Shown here: piece after piece, positions 1 through 10,054 of the stretch
Layout of the letters: every line of letters starts with the position of its first letter
Position numbering within the stretch: position 1 is the stretch's first letter
DNA from: Chamaesiphon sp.
Lineage (GTDB): Bacteria; Cyanobacteriota; Cyanobacteriia; Cyanobacteriales; Chamaesiphonaceae
Reading direction: 5' to 3'
DNA length: 64,000 nucleotides
NCBI GenBank assembly: GCA_965246715.1
Contig: CBDFFH010000020.1
Span: 197,726 to 261,725 of the forward strand
Position numbers and translations under genes: made by a program
The notes under the pieces: model-generated
Seen by the model: only the letters and a program-made list of their open reading frames with translations
Database searches by the model: none
Told to the model about the DNA's origin: nothing

Positions 1-188
1 TTACCTGACCGTGATTTAGCTACGCCCCGTTCAAGATAAACCTCTGCTGAATTTTGAACTTGGGTGAGGTAAGATTGATTTGTCAGTTGTGGGTATTCTC
101 TCGATCGAGAAACGAGCGCGAGCGATTTAACTGGGAATATTCCCACAAAGAGCAGGATTGTAGAAACAATTGGAAATATAGTTTTCAT
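1..188 (-). CDS. Secreted TPR protein, N-terminal part (runs off the window edge)
   Basis: Own translation from ATG at 188: MKTIFPIVSTILLFVGIFPVKSLA (signal peptide) followed by SAEVYLERGVAKSRSG (start of a TPR); open to position 1. Confidence 0.7.
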   Translation of the reverse strand, partial: MKTIFPIVSTILLFVGIFPVKSLALVSRSREYPQLTNQSYLTQVQNSAEVYLERGVAKSRSG

Positions 189-273
189 GAGTATGAGTTA
201 ATATTTGTAATTATTAAATCGAGAAAACTAAGTTGATTTATATACAATGAAAAATCTTTTTTAGGAGCGTCTT

Positions 274-2703
274 TTAATTGCTCTGAAGCTGTTTGAGAAA
301 ACCCATTGCCTTTTGATATAAGTCCATCCGCCCTTGCTGGCGTAATAACTCAGCAGCCTTACTCATATCTGCAATTGCTCCCTGTTTATTTCCTAGCAAG
401 TACTTAGCACTACTTCGATTAATATAAGTTTCAGCGAGTTTAGGATTGAGAGTAATTGCTAGATTATAATCAATGATTGCATCCTGAGTCTTCCCTAGTT
501 GAGATTTAACCATGCCTCGATTACCGTAAGCATAAGTGTATTTAGGATTAATCAAAATAGCCATGTTATAATCTATAATTGACTCTTGATAATTCCCCAA
601 TGCAGATTTAGCGTTGCCCCGATTATAGTAAGGTTCCGCAAATTTAGGATTGAGAGAAATAGCCATATCGAAATCAGATATTGCTTCTTGCTTATTTCCT
701 AATGCAGATTTATCTACACCTCGATTATTATAAGCATAAGCATCTGGACGCTTGCGAATAATTGCATTGTAAATAGAGATCGCTTCTGCGTGATTTTTTT
801 TCTCTTTGAGTATCAATGCTTTATCATTCAACAAGATTATATCGTTCGGTTCTAATCTTATTGCTATGTTGATTGAATTTAGAGCTTCGTCGTATTTCCC
901 TGAACTCTTGAAAATTGCACTCTGATACTTCCATAAGTAATAATATTTAGCACGCTCTTTATCTGAAATACTAACGATGGATCGGGCGATTGCATTTTCA
1001 GCTAATTGATATTTATTAGTGCTCCACAGAGACAATGCCTTGCCATAATTACCCAGCAACTCTTGACCTTTGACGATCGCTCGATCGAAAGCTATTGCTG
1101 ATTTATTAAACTGACGAGTTCGATAGAGTTGATTTGCATAAGCTAACCAGCGTTCTCCACTATCTGTTATTTGAGGCTGGGAAATATTTTGCATCGTAGC
1201 AATTATATTATTGCTGTCCTCTAGATTCAATTTGGCAGAATTGGCTCGAACAACCTTCAATAATTTTAAGTTGATATTTAGCTTGTCTGATAAGCCTGTA
1301 AAAGTTTGGATCGATATCCCCAAACTATTTAAATTTGATGATTCTGCCCTGCCATGAATACCGATAACGTTCCCAACATCATCGAAAACAGGCCCACCAC
1401 TCATGCCGCCATAACTAATACTGCTATAAATTAGATCGTAACCGTCGGAAAATGATTGGTTACTTTGAGTCACGAACATACCTGTTTCCCGCTCGTTGAT
1501 GACTCCTGGATTAAGTTGCCATTGCCACAGGGGGCTATTAATTTTCTCTCGTCCTGGAAATCCACCGACAAACACCAAATTGCTATCATTTTGCCTGTAT
1601 GCTCCTAGTTGCGCCACAGGATAGTTATTATTACTGCTGAATTTCACCACCGCCAGATCTACCCCTTGGGCAACAACGCTACTAGTTACATTCCGCCGAT
1701 CTTGGTTGTAGGTGATAATTTGATGATTGATATATTTTTGGTTGTTTTCTGGGTTTTGAAGAACGTGTTTAGCAGTTAATACATAGTAAGTATTTCCCTC
1801 CCTAGCCACGATTACGCCCGAACCATTCCCGCCACTATTTTCGATTCTTACCGTCATCTGACGCGCTTTGATATTTAGTCTTGCCATGTATCCAGTCGGC
1901 GTAACTTGACGTTCCACCTTGGGGAGATTATCGTAGCCATAGAGGATATCTGGCTTAACACGGGTGAGGAAATTATAAACAGGTATTCCCCAGTTAGCTT
2001 GCTGATATTGGGCTTTGAGTTTGGGCAGTGGTTTACTCCCATCGTTATAGGTATAGTCGGGCAAAATTGGTGCCACCCCAACGGTATTAATTCCTAGAAA
2101 GACCCCCCGCGCATCAAAGATTGCGCCACCGCTCATCCCCTGGCGGATGCCTTTTTCACCTTTGTCAGTGACATAACCAATTTGCGTACCATCGTCGAAG
2201 GGAATATCCGACAGTTGCGATACTTGCCCTTTGGTAATGCGGATATCTTTAGAGTCAAATGGAAATCCCGCACTATAAATAGTCAGTGAAGGATCGATGG
2301 GGCTACCGCTAATCCCTGATAAATCTGGGAGGGTATATTTAGTCCGACTGGTAAATTGCAATAGGGCGAGATCGTATTTCGGATCGAATCCGCCATCGAG
2401 AGGTGTGGCTTGGTACTTCTGCCCGTCTGGAGCCTGAATTTCGATTTTAGTAGCGCGTCTAACGACGTGAGCATTAGTCAGGATCAGGTAGCGATTACCC
2501 TTCTGGGCGATAATTACCCCCGAACCGCTATTATTCTCGGAGGTAATCCGCACGGTAATATTTTTGGCAGTTTGTCGAACTTCTTGAGGGGTGAGAATGT
2601 CTTCTTGGGCGATACGAGTGTCAGATTGGGGGAGAGCAGCGAGTGGCTGGAGGGGAATTTGAGTTAAAAATAGGCTAGCAATCAACATGGTGGAGGTTTT
2701 CAT
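274..2703 (-). CDS. Secreted tandem trypsin-like serine protease with C-terminal TPRs
   Basis: Signal peptide; two sets of TNAHV/TAKHV, DLA and GMSGG triad motifs; C-terminal AYxNRG TPR repeats. Confidence 0.92.
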   Translation of the reverse strand: MKTSTMLIASLFLTQIPLQPLAALPQSDTRIAQEDILTPQEVRQTAKNITVRITSENNSGSGVIIAQKGNRYLILTNAHVVRRATKIEIQAPDGQKYQATPLDGGFDPKYDLALLQFTSRTKYTLPDLSGISGSPIDPSLTIYSAGFPFDSKDIRITKGQVSQLSDIPFDDGTQIGYVTDKGEKGIRQGMSGGAIFDARGVFLGINTVGVAPILPDYTYNDGSKPLPKLKAQYQQANWGIPVYNFLTRVKPDILYGYDNLPKVERQVTPTGYMARLNIKARQMTVRIENSGGNGSGVIVAREGNTYYVLTAKHVLQNPENNQKYINHQIITYNQDRRNVTSSVVAQGVDLAVVKFSSNNNYPVAQLGAYRQNDSNLVFVGGFPGREKINSPLWQWQLNPGVINERETGMFVTQSNQSFSDGYDLIYSSISYGGMSGGPVFDDVGNVIGIHGRAESSNLNSLGISIQTFTGLSDKLNINLKLLKVVRANSAKLNLEDSNNIIATMQNISQPQITDSGERWLAYANQLYRTRQFNKSAIAFDRAIVKGQELLGNYGKALSLWSTNKYQLAENAIARSIVSISDKERAKYYYLWKYQSAIFKSSGKYDEALNSINIAIRLEPNDIILLNDKALILKEKKNHAEAISIYNAIIRKRPDAYAYNNRGVDKSALGNKQEAISDFDMAISLNPKFAEPYYNRGNAKSALGNYQESIIDYNMAILINPKYTYAYGNRGMVKSQLGKTQDAIIDYNLAITLNPKLAETYINRSSAKYLLGNKQGAIADMSKAAELLRQQGRMDLYQKAMGFLKQLQSN

Positions 2704-2883
2704 AGTTAGGGTTAAAGGTGATATTTTCTATTTCGGGGAAGTTCCGATAATTGGCATTGTTTAATTAAGATATGAAAACCGAAATGATCTAACATCGATC
2801 GAATCCACAGAAGCAATCGATCCCACCAACACTAGATCGATAGTAAACTTCAGCTTCTTTATTTTGCAGTTGTTAAAGACGAT

Positions 2884-3492
2884 CTAAAATTCCTGCTCTG
2901 ATAGTGGATAAAGTTTTTTAGTTGGAATAATTGGCTTTAATTTTAAAATATATCTGGTGAACTTAGTCCCTTTGTCAAAATCATTGTACTCTTCTAAATT
3001 AAACGTGTTAGTACGTGCTAAGGCTCCACTATTGAGATCTCGAAATCTTACATCATAGGCACCAGCTTTTATCTTTTCGGCGGTGAATTTTTTACCAGCA
3101 CGAATAAATAATACGCGTACAGCCTGCGAAGGATTTGAGTCAAGAGCATACAATTTTACGAAAATATCTGAGCTATTTCTAGAGTTATCAACGGTCACAC
3201 TAGAGAGTCCATCAGTAAACTGAATTGGATAACCTTTGATATAGCCGGAGTTCTTGGGAAATGGACTGCCATTATCAGCAGTTTTCGAGCGGACATATTT
3301 GAATGATGCAATTAAGGTTTTTTTTGAATTATCGATTGCTTTAGGAGTGTAGGAATGAGAAGTTAATATAGATATTGGTGTTGGTACAGAGGTAGCTGTG
3401 GCTGGGAGCGATGGGGCAATTAAGACATAACCCAAAATTAAAGCTATACGATAAGAGACAATGCCATAGGGTAAAGACAGTTTTTTATTCAT
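2884..3492 (-). CDS. Secreted or membrane-anchored hypothetical protein
   Basis: 202-aa ORF with a hydrophobic N-terminal segment and a beta-rich C-terminal domain. Confidence 0.7.
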   Translation of the reverse strand: MNKKLSLPYGIVSYRIALILGYVLIAPSLPATATSVPTPISILTSHSYTPKAIDNSKKTLIASFKYVRSKTADNGSPFPKNSGYIKGYPIQFTDGLSSVTVDNSRNSSDIFVKLYALDSNPSQAVRVLFIRAGKKFTAEKIKAGAYDVRFRDLNSGALARTNTFNLEEYNDFDKGTKFTRYILKLKPIIPTKKLYPLSEQEF

Positions 3493-3753
3493 GATTTAGT
3501 AATTTTGTATGTTCGATCGATTGAGATAGGAAGAGAAAGGCTGTGCTGGGTAGTTGATGATAAGTGAAGCTTATACGCCTCTCGATAAGGGCTTCAGCGT
3601 TCACATGCAGCTATTTTTGTAGCTTGAGATACACTTTTTACCACAAACACAGGATATCCAAGAGAAAATTGATTTAGTTCGATCTTTGTTACTATAGGAT
3701 AAGGCATATTTAACTTATAGTAAAATAGGTTAGAGCATATAATAACGATAAAT

Positions 3754-4776
3754 ATGGAATTCCAACATCTGAGCCAATTTGAGCTGAGACAGATTTGCAA
3801 CTTTATGACTTTGGTGCAAGCTGATAATAACTTCAGCAATGCAGCAGAACATCTAGGCATCAAGCAACCTCCCTTGAGTCAAAGCATTCAAGCTCTCGAA
3901 AAACTACTTGGCGACGAGCGAGTAGGATTGATAGTCAAGCTGTTCGATCGCAAAAAACGTCCGGTGGAGTTAACAGAAGCGGGGCGAGTTTTTTCGATCG
4001 AAGTTCAGCAAGCGTTGTTTCATCTCGATCGAGCGGTTACACATGCTAGACAAGCCAGTCGTGGTGAAATTGGTCGTTTGATAGTTGGGATCAACAATTC
4101 GATCGCAAATACGATTTTGCCAGAGATGCTCAAAGTCTTCCGTAAACGGTTTCCTAATGTAAAGATCGAAATTCTCGAAGTCACAATCGAGCAAGAGGTT
4201 CCAATGCTCAAGAATCATCAAGTAGATGTCATATTTCAACGCGCTCCTAGTTTTGAACAGATGAATCCAGCCTTATTCAGTTTTCAAACAATTCTTGAAG
4301 AATATTTTGTGGTAGCGTTGCCTGTTACGCACCCACTTGCAGATCGAGCGACAATTCCGCTCGAAGCCTTAGCAGATGACTTCATCATTTTACCCTCCGT
4401 AGATTTATTTCCTTTTTATCAAAAAGTATTTACACTTTGTCATCAGGCTGGCTTTACACCGAAGATCGATAAATCTATTAATGTATCTGGAGTGATTGCG
4501 CTGCTCAGTTTAGTAGCAGCAGGCTTCGGGGTCTCAATCTTACCAAACCACGTTGAAACGCTAGAACGTCATGGCGTTAAATATCGCCCACTCGAAAGTA
4601 CGCCCCTAAATCGTCAAATCGCAGTTGTTTGGAGAGAAGATGATTCGTCCATTATTTTGGGTCAATTTATTGATGTAGTGAGAAATTTATCTTTGGAAAA
4701 TTCTCATCCTGTTGATTGGGGTGTCGGCTCGGCTGGAAGTCAAGGCTGTGGGCACGAAGAGGAGGGTCGAAAGTAG
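3754..4776 (+). CDS. LysR-family transcriptional regulator
   Basis: HTH motif NFSNAAEHLGIKQPPLSQSIQALE, VELTEAG, substrate-binding domain LVAAGFGVSILP. Confidence 0.93.
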   Translation: MEFQHLSQFELRQICNFMTLVQADNNFSNAAEHLGIKQPPLSQSIQALEKLLGDERVGLIVKLFDRKKRPVELTEAGRVFSIEVQQALFHLDRAVTHARQASRGEIGRLIVGINNSIANTILPEMLKVFRKRFPNVKIEILEVTIEQEVPMLKNHQVDVIFQRAPSFEQMNPALFSFQTILEEYFVVALPVTHPLADRATIPLEALADDFIILPSVDLFPFYQKVFTLCHQAGFTPKIDKSINVSGVIALLSLVAAGFGVSILPNHVETLERHGVKYRPLESTPLNRQIAVVWREDDSSIILGQFIDVVRNLSLENSHPVDWGVGSAGSQGCGHEEEGRK

Positions 4777-4794
4777 GATGGCGATCGATTTCAT
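4705..4794 (-). pseudogene. Signal-peptide remnant of a deleted secreted-protein gene
   Basis: ATG at 4794 gives MKSIAILLSTLLFVPTALTSSRADTPINR, then runs antisense into the LysR 3' end. Confidence 0.5.
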
Positions 4795-5158
4795 TGATGT
4801 GGAGGAAAATGTACTATTTGCTATTTTGGGCTGGTTGCGATGTATGATGCAGATCGATCTAATCCCGAACGATCTTCAAGTACTCGACTTTGGCCATTTC
4901 TGCAATTGGTACAGAAGGTTTGCGATCGATTCTTCATGCTGTATCTAAAAATCGGGGTTTTACCTGGATTATATTTACAAGAAATCGCTTGTGCGATCGC
5001 CGCTGTTATCGAGAATCGAACGATAAAACCTGACTCTAATATTCGATCGAATTACTCACCCCAGATTCGATCGAGGTAGTTGGATCAAAAAGAGCGATCG
5101 CATTCGATCGCCCATCATTCTAAGACCATACACTTATCAATTCTCAATTCTCCAATCC

Positions 5159-7870
5159 CTAACTTCCTTTTAACTGAGCAAGTATACTCATCGCCCTCTG
5201 ATAATTATCCATCTGCCCCTGCTGGCGAAACAGCTCAGCCCCCTTACTCAGATCGGCGATCGCCCCCTGTTTGTCTCCTAGCTCTGATTTATCTGTACCT
5301 CGGTTAAGGTAAGCAATAGCATAGCTGGGATTAATTTTAATCGCCAGATTGTAATCAGCGATCGCCCCCTGTTTGTCTCCTAGCTCTGATTTATCTGTAC
5401 CTCGGTTATGGTAAGCAATAGCATAGCTGGGATTAATTTTAATCGCCAGATTGTAATCGGCGATCGCCCCCTGTTTGTCTCCTAGGTCTGATTTAGTATT
5501 ACCTCGGTTATAGTAAGCAATAGCATAGTTGGGATTAATTTTAATCGCCAGATTGTAATCGGCGATCGCCCCCTGTTTGTCTCCTAGGTCTGATTTAAAT
5601 ACACCTCGGTTAGAGTAAGCATAAGCATAGTTGGGATTAATTTTAATCGCCAGATTGTAATCAGCGATCGCCCCCTGTTTGTCTCCTAGGTCTGATTTAG
5701 TATTACCTCGGTTATAGTAAGCAATAGCATAGTTGGGATTAATTTTAATCGCCAAATTGAAATCAGCGATCGCCCCCTGTTTGTCTCCTAGTGCTGATTT
5801 ATCTGTACCTCGGTTAAGGTAAGCATAGCTATCTTCTCGCTCGCGCAGCATATTGTCATAAATTTTAATCGCTGCTGTGTACTGTTCTTGTCGGGATAAA
5901 ATCAATGCTTTTTTATTTACTGAGGTTCGATCTTGCGGTGCTAGTTTAATCGCTATGTCGATCGACTCTAATGCCCGTGCGTACTGTTCTTGAGAGCTAA
6001 AAATTGCACTTTGATATTTCCAGAAATAGTAATAATCGGTACGCTCCTTGGCTGGTACTGCCGCGATCGCTCTGGCAATTGCCGCACTAGCTAGGTCGTG
6101 TTTTTGTAAATACCAAAGTGATAATGCCTTACCATAGTTGCCAGTTAGGATCTGTCCCTTGGCGATTGCTCTGTCGAAGGCAGCTACAGATTTCTCATAC
6201 TGTCTAGTCCGACACAGTTGATTGCCATAAGTCAGCCAGCGTTCGCCATTGTCTTCAGCCGTGGGTTGCGCTAGATTTGCCATTGCCGTCTCGATGTTTT
6301 GGCGATCGACGGTAGCTAGAGCAGGGGCGGGAGTTTTAGCAATTTTCAGTAGTTGAGGATTGAGTTGCAGCCGTGGTGCTAACCCGATGAGGGTTTGGAT
6401 CGATATACCTTGACTATTACCTAGCATCACATCTTTAGTCTGTTCGGCTCTGCCATGAATGCCAATAACTCTGCCAGCAGTATCGAAGACACCCCCACCA
6501 CTCATCCCGCCATAACTGATACTGCTATAAATAATGTCATAACCGTTCCCAAAAGATTGTTGGTTTTGGGTTGATAGTTTCCCTTGTTCGCGATCGAAAA
6601 CGTAGCCAGGATTGAGCTGCCATTGCCACAGGGGACTATTAATTTTATCTCGCCCTGGGAAGCCTCCTGCGAGGACAATTTCGCTGGTATTCGGGCTAAT
6701 TTCACTGAGTTGGGCGATGGGGTAGGTGTTAGTGCTGGTAAATTTGACAATGGCCAGATCGACACCTGTTGCTAGTACCGTGCTAGTGAGATTGTGGGTA
6801 TCTTGGTCGTAGGTGATGAGCTGATTATTGGTGAATTTTTGCTGAGTCTTATCGTTTTCTACTACGTGTTTGGCAGTGACGACATAATAACTATTTCCCT
6901 CTTTAGCGATGATGACCCCCGAACCATTACCGCCACTATTTTCGATCCGCACTGTCTGTTTGCGGGCGGCATCGTTGAGCTTTGCCATATAGCCAGTTGG
7001 GGTGACTTGGGGCTGAATTTGTCCGACTGTCAAGCCATTAAATTTATAACGGTAAAGGATGTCTGGTTTGACTTTGGTGAGGAAATTATAGACGGGTACG
7101 CCCCAATTCGCCTCGCGATATTTAGCCGCGAGTTTAGCTAGCGGTTTACTCCCATCGTTATAAGTATAATTAGGTAAAATCGGTGCGGCACCGATCGTAT
7201 TGATTCCCAAAAATACCCCACTCGCATCAAAAATTGGCCCCCCGCTCATGCCTTGACGCACGCCTTTTTCACCTTTGGCAATTTCATACCCGATTTGCGT
7301 ACCGTTATCGAAGGGAATATCTGAAAGTTGGGTAATTGCACCGGGGGAAATTCTCAGATCTTTAGAGTCAAACGGAAACCCCACGCTATAGATATTGCGA
7401 TCGTTTGGTTTGAGGATACCAGGGTTAGAGAGATTGGCTAATTGGTATTGCTTGGAGCTGGTAAATTCTAGTAATGCTAAATCGTACTTGCGATCGAATC
7501 CACCATCGATGGGTTTGGCAGTATACTTTTGCCCGTCGGGTGCTTGGATCTCAAATTGGGCTGTGCGCCTCGTGACATGGGCATTGGTGAGGATGAGGTA
7601 GGTATTGCCCTTTTTGGCAATTAGGACACCAGAACCGCCGTTATTGGCGGAGGTGATGCGGACGGTGATGTCTTTGGCGATGCGATTTACTTTGGTGCTG
7701 ACTTGCTGTTGGGCTTCGTTTAGTTGCTGGAGTTCGGGATCGATAGTTTGGGCGATTTGGGTTGCTGGGTTACTGTGCGATCGATGATTTGATAATGCGG
7801 TTGCTGGTAGAGTCGAGAATGCTGGCAATAAAAATAGGCTCGATATAATAATTGAAGTAATATTTTTCAT
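5159..7870 (-). CDS. Secreted tandem trypsin-like serine protease with TPRs (paralogue 2)
   Basis: Same architecture as 274-2703; six near-identical 34-aa TPR units. Confidence 0.92.
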   Translation of the reverse strand: MKNITSIIISSLFLLPAFSTLPATALSNHRSHSNPATQIAQTIDPELQQLNEAQQQVSTKVNRIAKDITVRITSANNGGSGVLIAKKGNTYLILTNAHVTRRTAQFEIQAPDGQKYTAKPIDGGFDRKYDLALLEFTSSKQYQLANLSNPGILKPNDRNIYSVGFPFDSKDLRISPGAITQLSDIPFDNGTQIGYEIAKGEKGVRQGMSGGPIFDASGVFLGINTIGAAPILPNYTYNDGSKPLAKLAAKYREANWGVPVYNFLTKVKPDILYRYKFNGLTVGQIQPQVTPTGYMAKLNDAARKQTVRIENSGGNGSGVIIAKEGNSYYVVTAKHVVENDKTQQKFTNNQLITYDQDTHNLTSTVLATGVDLAIVKFTSTNTYPIAQLSEISPNTSEIVLAGGFPGRDKINSPLWQWQLNPGYVFDREQGKLSTQNQQSFGNGYDIIYSSISYGGMSGGGVFDTAGRVIGIHGRAEQTKDVMLGNSQGISIQTLIGLAPRLQLNPQLLKIAKTPAPALATVDRQNIETAMANLAQPTAEDNGERWLTYGNQLCRTRQYEKSVAAFDRAIAKGQILTGNYGKALSLWYLQKHDLASAAIARAIAAVPAKERTDYYYFWKYQSAIFSSQEQYARALESIDIAIKLAPQDRTSVNKKALILSRQEQYTAAIKIYDNMLREREDSYAYLNRGTDKSALGDKQGAIADFNLAIKINPNYAIAYYNRGNTKSDLGDKQGAIADYNLAIKINPNYAYAYSNRGVFKSDLGDKQGAIADYNLAIKINPNYAIAYYNRGNTKSDLGDKQGAIADYNLAIKINPSYAIAYHNRGTDKSELGDKQGAIADYNLAIKINPSYAIAYLNRGTDKSELGDKQGAIADLSKGAELFRQQGQMDNYQRAMSILAQLKGS

Positions 7871-7895
7871 ATTTTGTTGATGTCTTAGTAGGTTA

Positions 7896-7928
7896 AGATC
7901 CCAGACTTCTTTGAGAAGTCTGGGATCT
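7896..7928. repeat. REP-like intergenic palindrome or terminator
   Basis: AGATCCCAGACTTCT-TTG-AGAAGTCTGGGATCT, perfect 15-bp stem. Confidence 0.75.
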
Positions 7929-8019
7929 AATTGTCTATTTGTTTTTTAGTCAATCGATAGAAATAAAGCGAGCGCGGACCAGCTCAATAAAAATAATTTG
8001 TGCATTGGCTAGCTGAAAA

Positions 8020-8544
8020 TTAATTAATAATATTAGCGATATCGACGATCCGATCTCCAGAATTTTGGACGATTGGATTGTTAACAATTCCACCTCTAAT
8101 ATCTTTCATGCGTTCGATTGTCTCACTCGCATCAGCACCATTTGCAAGGGTAAACAACATGTTCGTTCTCGTGCAGTCGCTCGCTCGCTCTTTAGACCCA
8201 CAAATCAATCCCAACCCCGATTTTGCATCGACTCCAGCGGTGATATAATTCAATCTTTTAGCCTCCCATGCCTGTTGAAACTTAGCAGAAACCATATTGC
8301 ACCGAACTTGGGGCGTATATTTACCGCTCAGTTTCGATTTCCATTGAATTAATGCTACAGGTTCGCGCTTAGAGGAGCTAGCAACTAGGGTTATCGGGAC
8401 GATCGCATTGCTACCAGGATCGAAAGTTTGACCGCAATAAAATCTCACTTTTGCAGGTGTTTGGGCGAGCGATTGGAGCGGTAATAGGGTAGAAATAAAG
8501 GTCGTTCCACTCAGGATGAAGCTAATAATTAAGCGAATCTTCAT
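8020..8544 (-). CDS. COP23-domain secreted protein
   Basis: Signal peptide; FYCG...LIQW...TPQVRCNMVS.KFQ...ICG...MLFTL pattern. Confidence 0.82.
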   Translation of the reverse strand: MKIRLIISFILSGTTFISTLLPLQSLAQTPAKVRFYCGQTFDPGSNAIVPITLVASSSKREPVALIQWKSKLSGKYTPQVRCNMVSAKFQQAWEAKRLNYITAGVDAKSGLGLICGSKERASDCTRTNMLFTLANGADASETIERMKDIRGGIVNNPIVQNSGDRIVDIANIIN

Positions 8545-8668
8545 AGTTATTAAAAGCGATAGTTTTCAAGATTTAGACAACAACGAACCAAAGTTTAGAC
8601 CTGTGAGTTAGTTAGCGATAGCTTACAACCCACAGCTCGACAATCGATTATCGATCGCCAGTTGTCAA

Positions 8669-9253
8669 CTACTTTTTGCTGAGTAGAGCAAAATCTCGAA
8701 GATCGATGACGCGATTGCCACTGCTTTGATATATGGGCGTGCTAGTCGTTCCAGCGAATATGCTAGCGAGTTCTGCGATCGTCGTCCCAGCATCTTGATA
8801 GGATTTCAGCGTAAATAACATACTCGTGCGATCGCAAGGTTGTTCGGCATTAGATATCGCACAAATTATCCCCAAACCACTTTTTTTATCGATTCCCGCA
8901 GTCAGATAATGTCTCCCTTGTTGGATTGCAGCTTGAAATTTAGGCGACACTATTTCGCACCGTTGTTGGGGCGTGGTTTTAAAAGCTTCGCTTTTCCAGA
9001 TAATCAATACGGGTTCTTCTGTTGCGCCGCTAACCTTAGCCAGAGTAGCTGGCAGCTTGCTTTTACTACTAGGGTCTGTGGCTTTACCACAATAAAACTG
9101 AATTGTCGGCACGTTCTGAGCGATTTGTTGAGGGTTAGCTGTGGCGGGGATGACAGTCAGCAGCGATCCGATGGTGATGGCAAAGGTAGATATCCAGCAT
9201 GTGCGGATGGTATGTGAGTTAGATGAGGACGGCGTTTGGCGATGTAATTGCAT
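8669..9253 (-). CDS. COP23-domain secreted protein
   Basis: FYCG...IIW...TPQQRCEIVSPKFQ...ICA...MLFTL. Confidence 0.82.
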   Translation of the reverse strand: MQLHRQTPSSSNSHTIRTCWISTFAITIGSLLTVIPATANPQQIAQNVPTIQFYCGKATDPSSKSKLPATLAKVSGATEEPVLIIWKSEAFKTTPQQRCEIVSPKFQAAIQQGRHYLTAGIDKKSGLGIICAISNAEQPCDRTSMLFTLKSYQDAGTTIAELASIFAGTTSTPIYQSSGNRVIDLRDFALLSKK

Positions 9254-9457
9254 GATAATTAGTGAAGTTAATGGCTTGTAAGCATGGGATGAGATCGATC
9301 GGTTTGCTATCTCTATTCATCTAGATCGGGCACACCCTGTGAAATATGCAGTACCACCGATCGCTCTTTACAAAAGTTATTTAGTAGCGATCGTCGGCAC
9401 GGGCAAACTGTTATCCTGACGTGCCTCGCTCGTCAATTGGCAGACTAAACCAATTCT

Positions 9458-9979
9458 CTAAGAACGAGGATTCGCCAATGAATCGATTAATTCCTTGATG
9501 TCGATCGATTCGCTAGAGCTAGATTGATAAACAGGATTTCCAGTCCGCCGAATACTGTCATACAATCTACGCACGACTTCCTGAGCATCCTGCTGATTGT
9601 TGAGTACAAATAACATCCGTTTAGCATCGCACTGATTTTCGCCAGATTTAACCGCACAAATTAAGCCCTGTCCGGTTTGACGATCGATACCAGGGATCAG
9701 AAAAGCGAGATCGGTTCGATCGACAAATGCCGCCTGAAATCGACGAGAAATTGTCTCACATCTTTGTTGTGGCGACATCTTCCCAAATTTATTCCTCCAC
9801 ACCACGATCGTGCGCGGCTCAGATCCTCTCACTGCTAGCATTGTCGCAGGGTAGATATCATTAGTGCGCCCACAATAAAATTCCACCTTCTTTGGTGACT
9901 GGGCGAGGGTAGGGGCTGTTTGCAAGCTGGCGAAAAGCAAAGCAATCGAAGTGGCGATAACTGAGGCTTGAGGATTCAT
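9458..9979 (-). CDS. COP23-domain secreted protein
   Basis: FYCG...VVW...SPQQRCETISRRFQ...ICA...MLFVL. Confidence 0.82.
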   Translation of the reverse strand: MNPQASVIATSIALLFASLQTAPTLAQSPKKVEFYCGRTNDIYPATMLAVRGSEPRTIVVWRNKFGKMSPQQRCETISRRFQAAFVDRTDLAFLIPGIDRQTGQGLICAVKSGENQCDAKRMLFVLNNQQDAQEVVRRLYDSIRRTGNPVYQSSSSESIDIKELIDSLANPRS

Positions 9980-10054
9980 TGTGCCGATTGAGATGGTAAT
10001 GAAAAGTTGCTAGATCGATCGTTATAGATTAAACATTGGGTGGATTTGCTTGAA

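Noticed and set aside
3391..3405. 15-nt identity (GGTAGCTGTGGCTGG) between spacer 3 and gene 2884-3492
   Set aside because: PAM-distal part only with no seed match; plausible by chance given about 54 spacers
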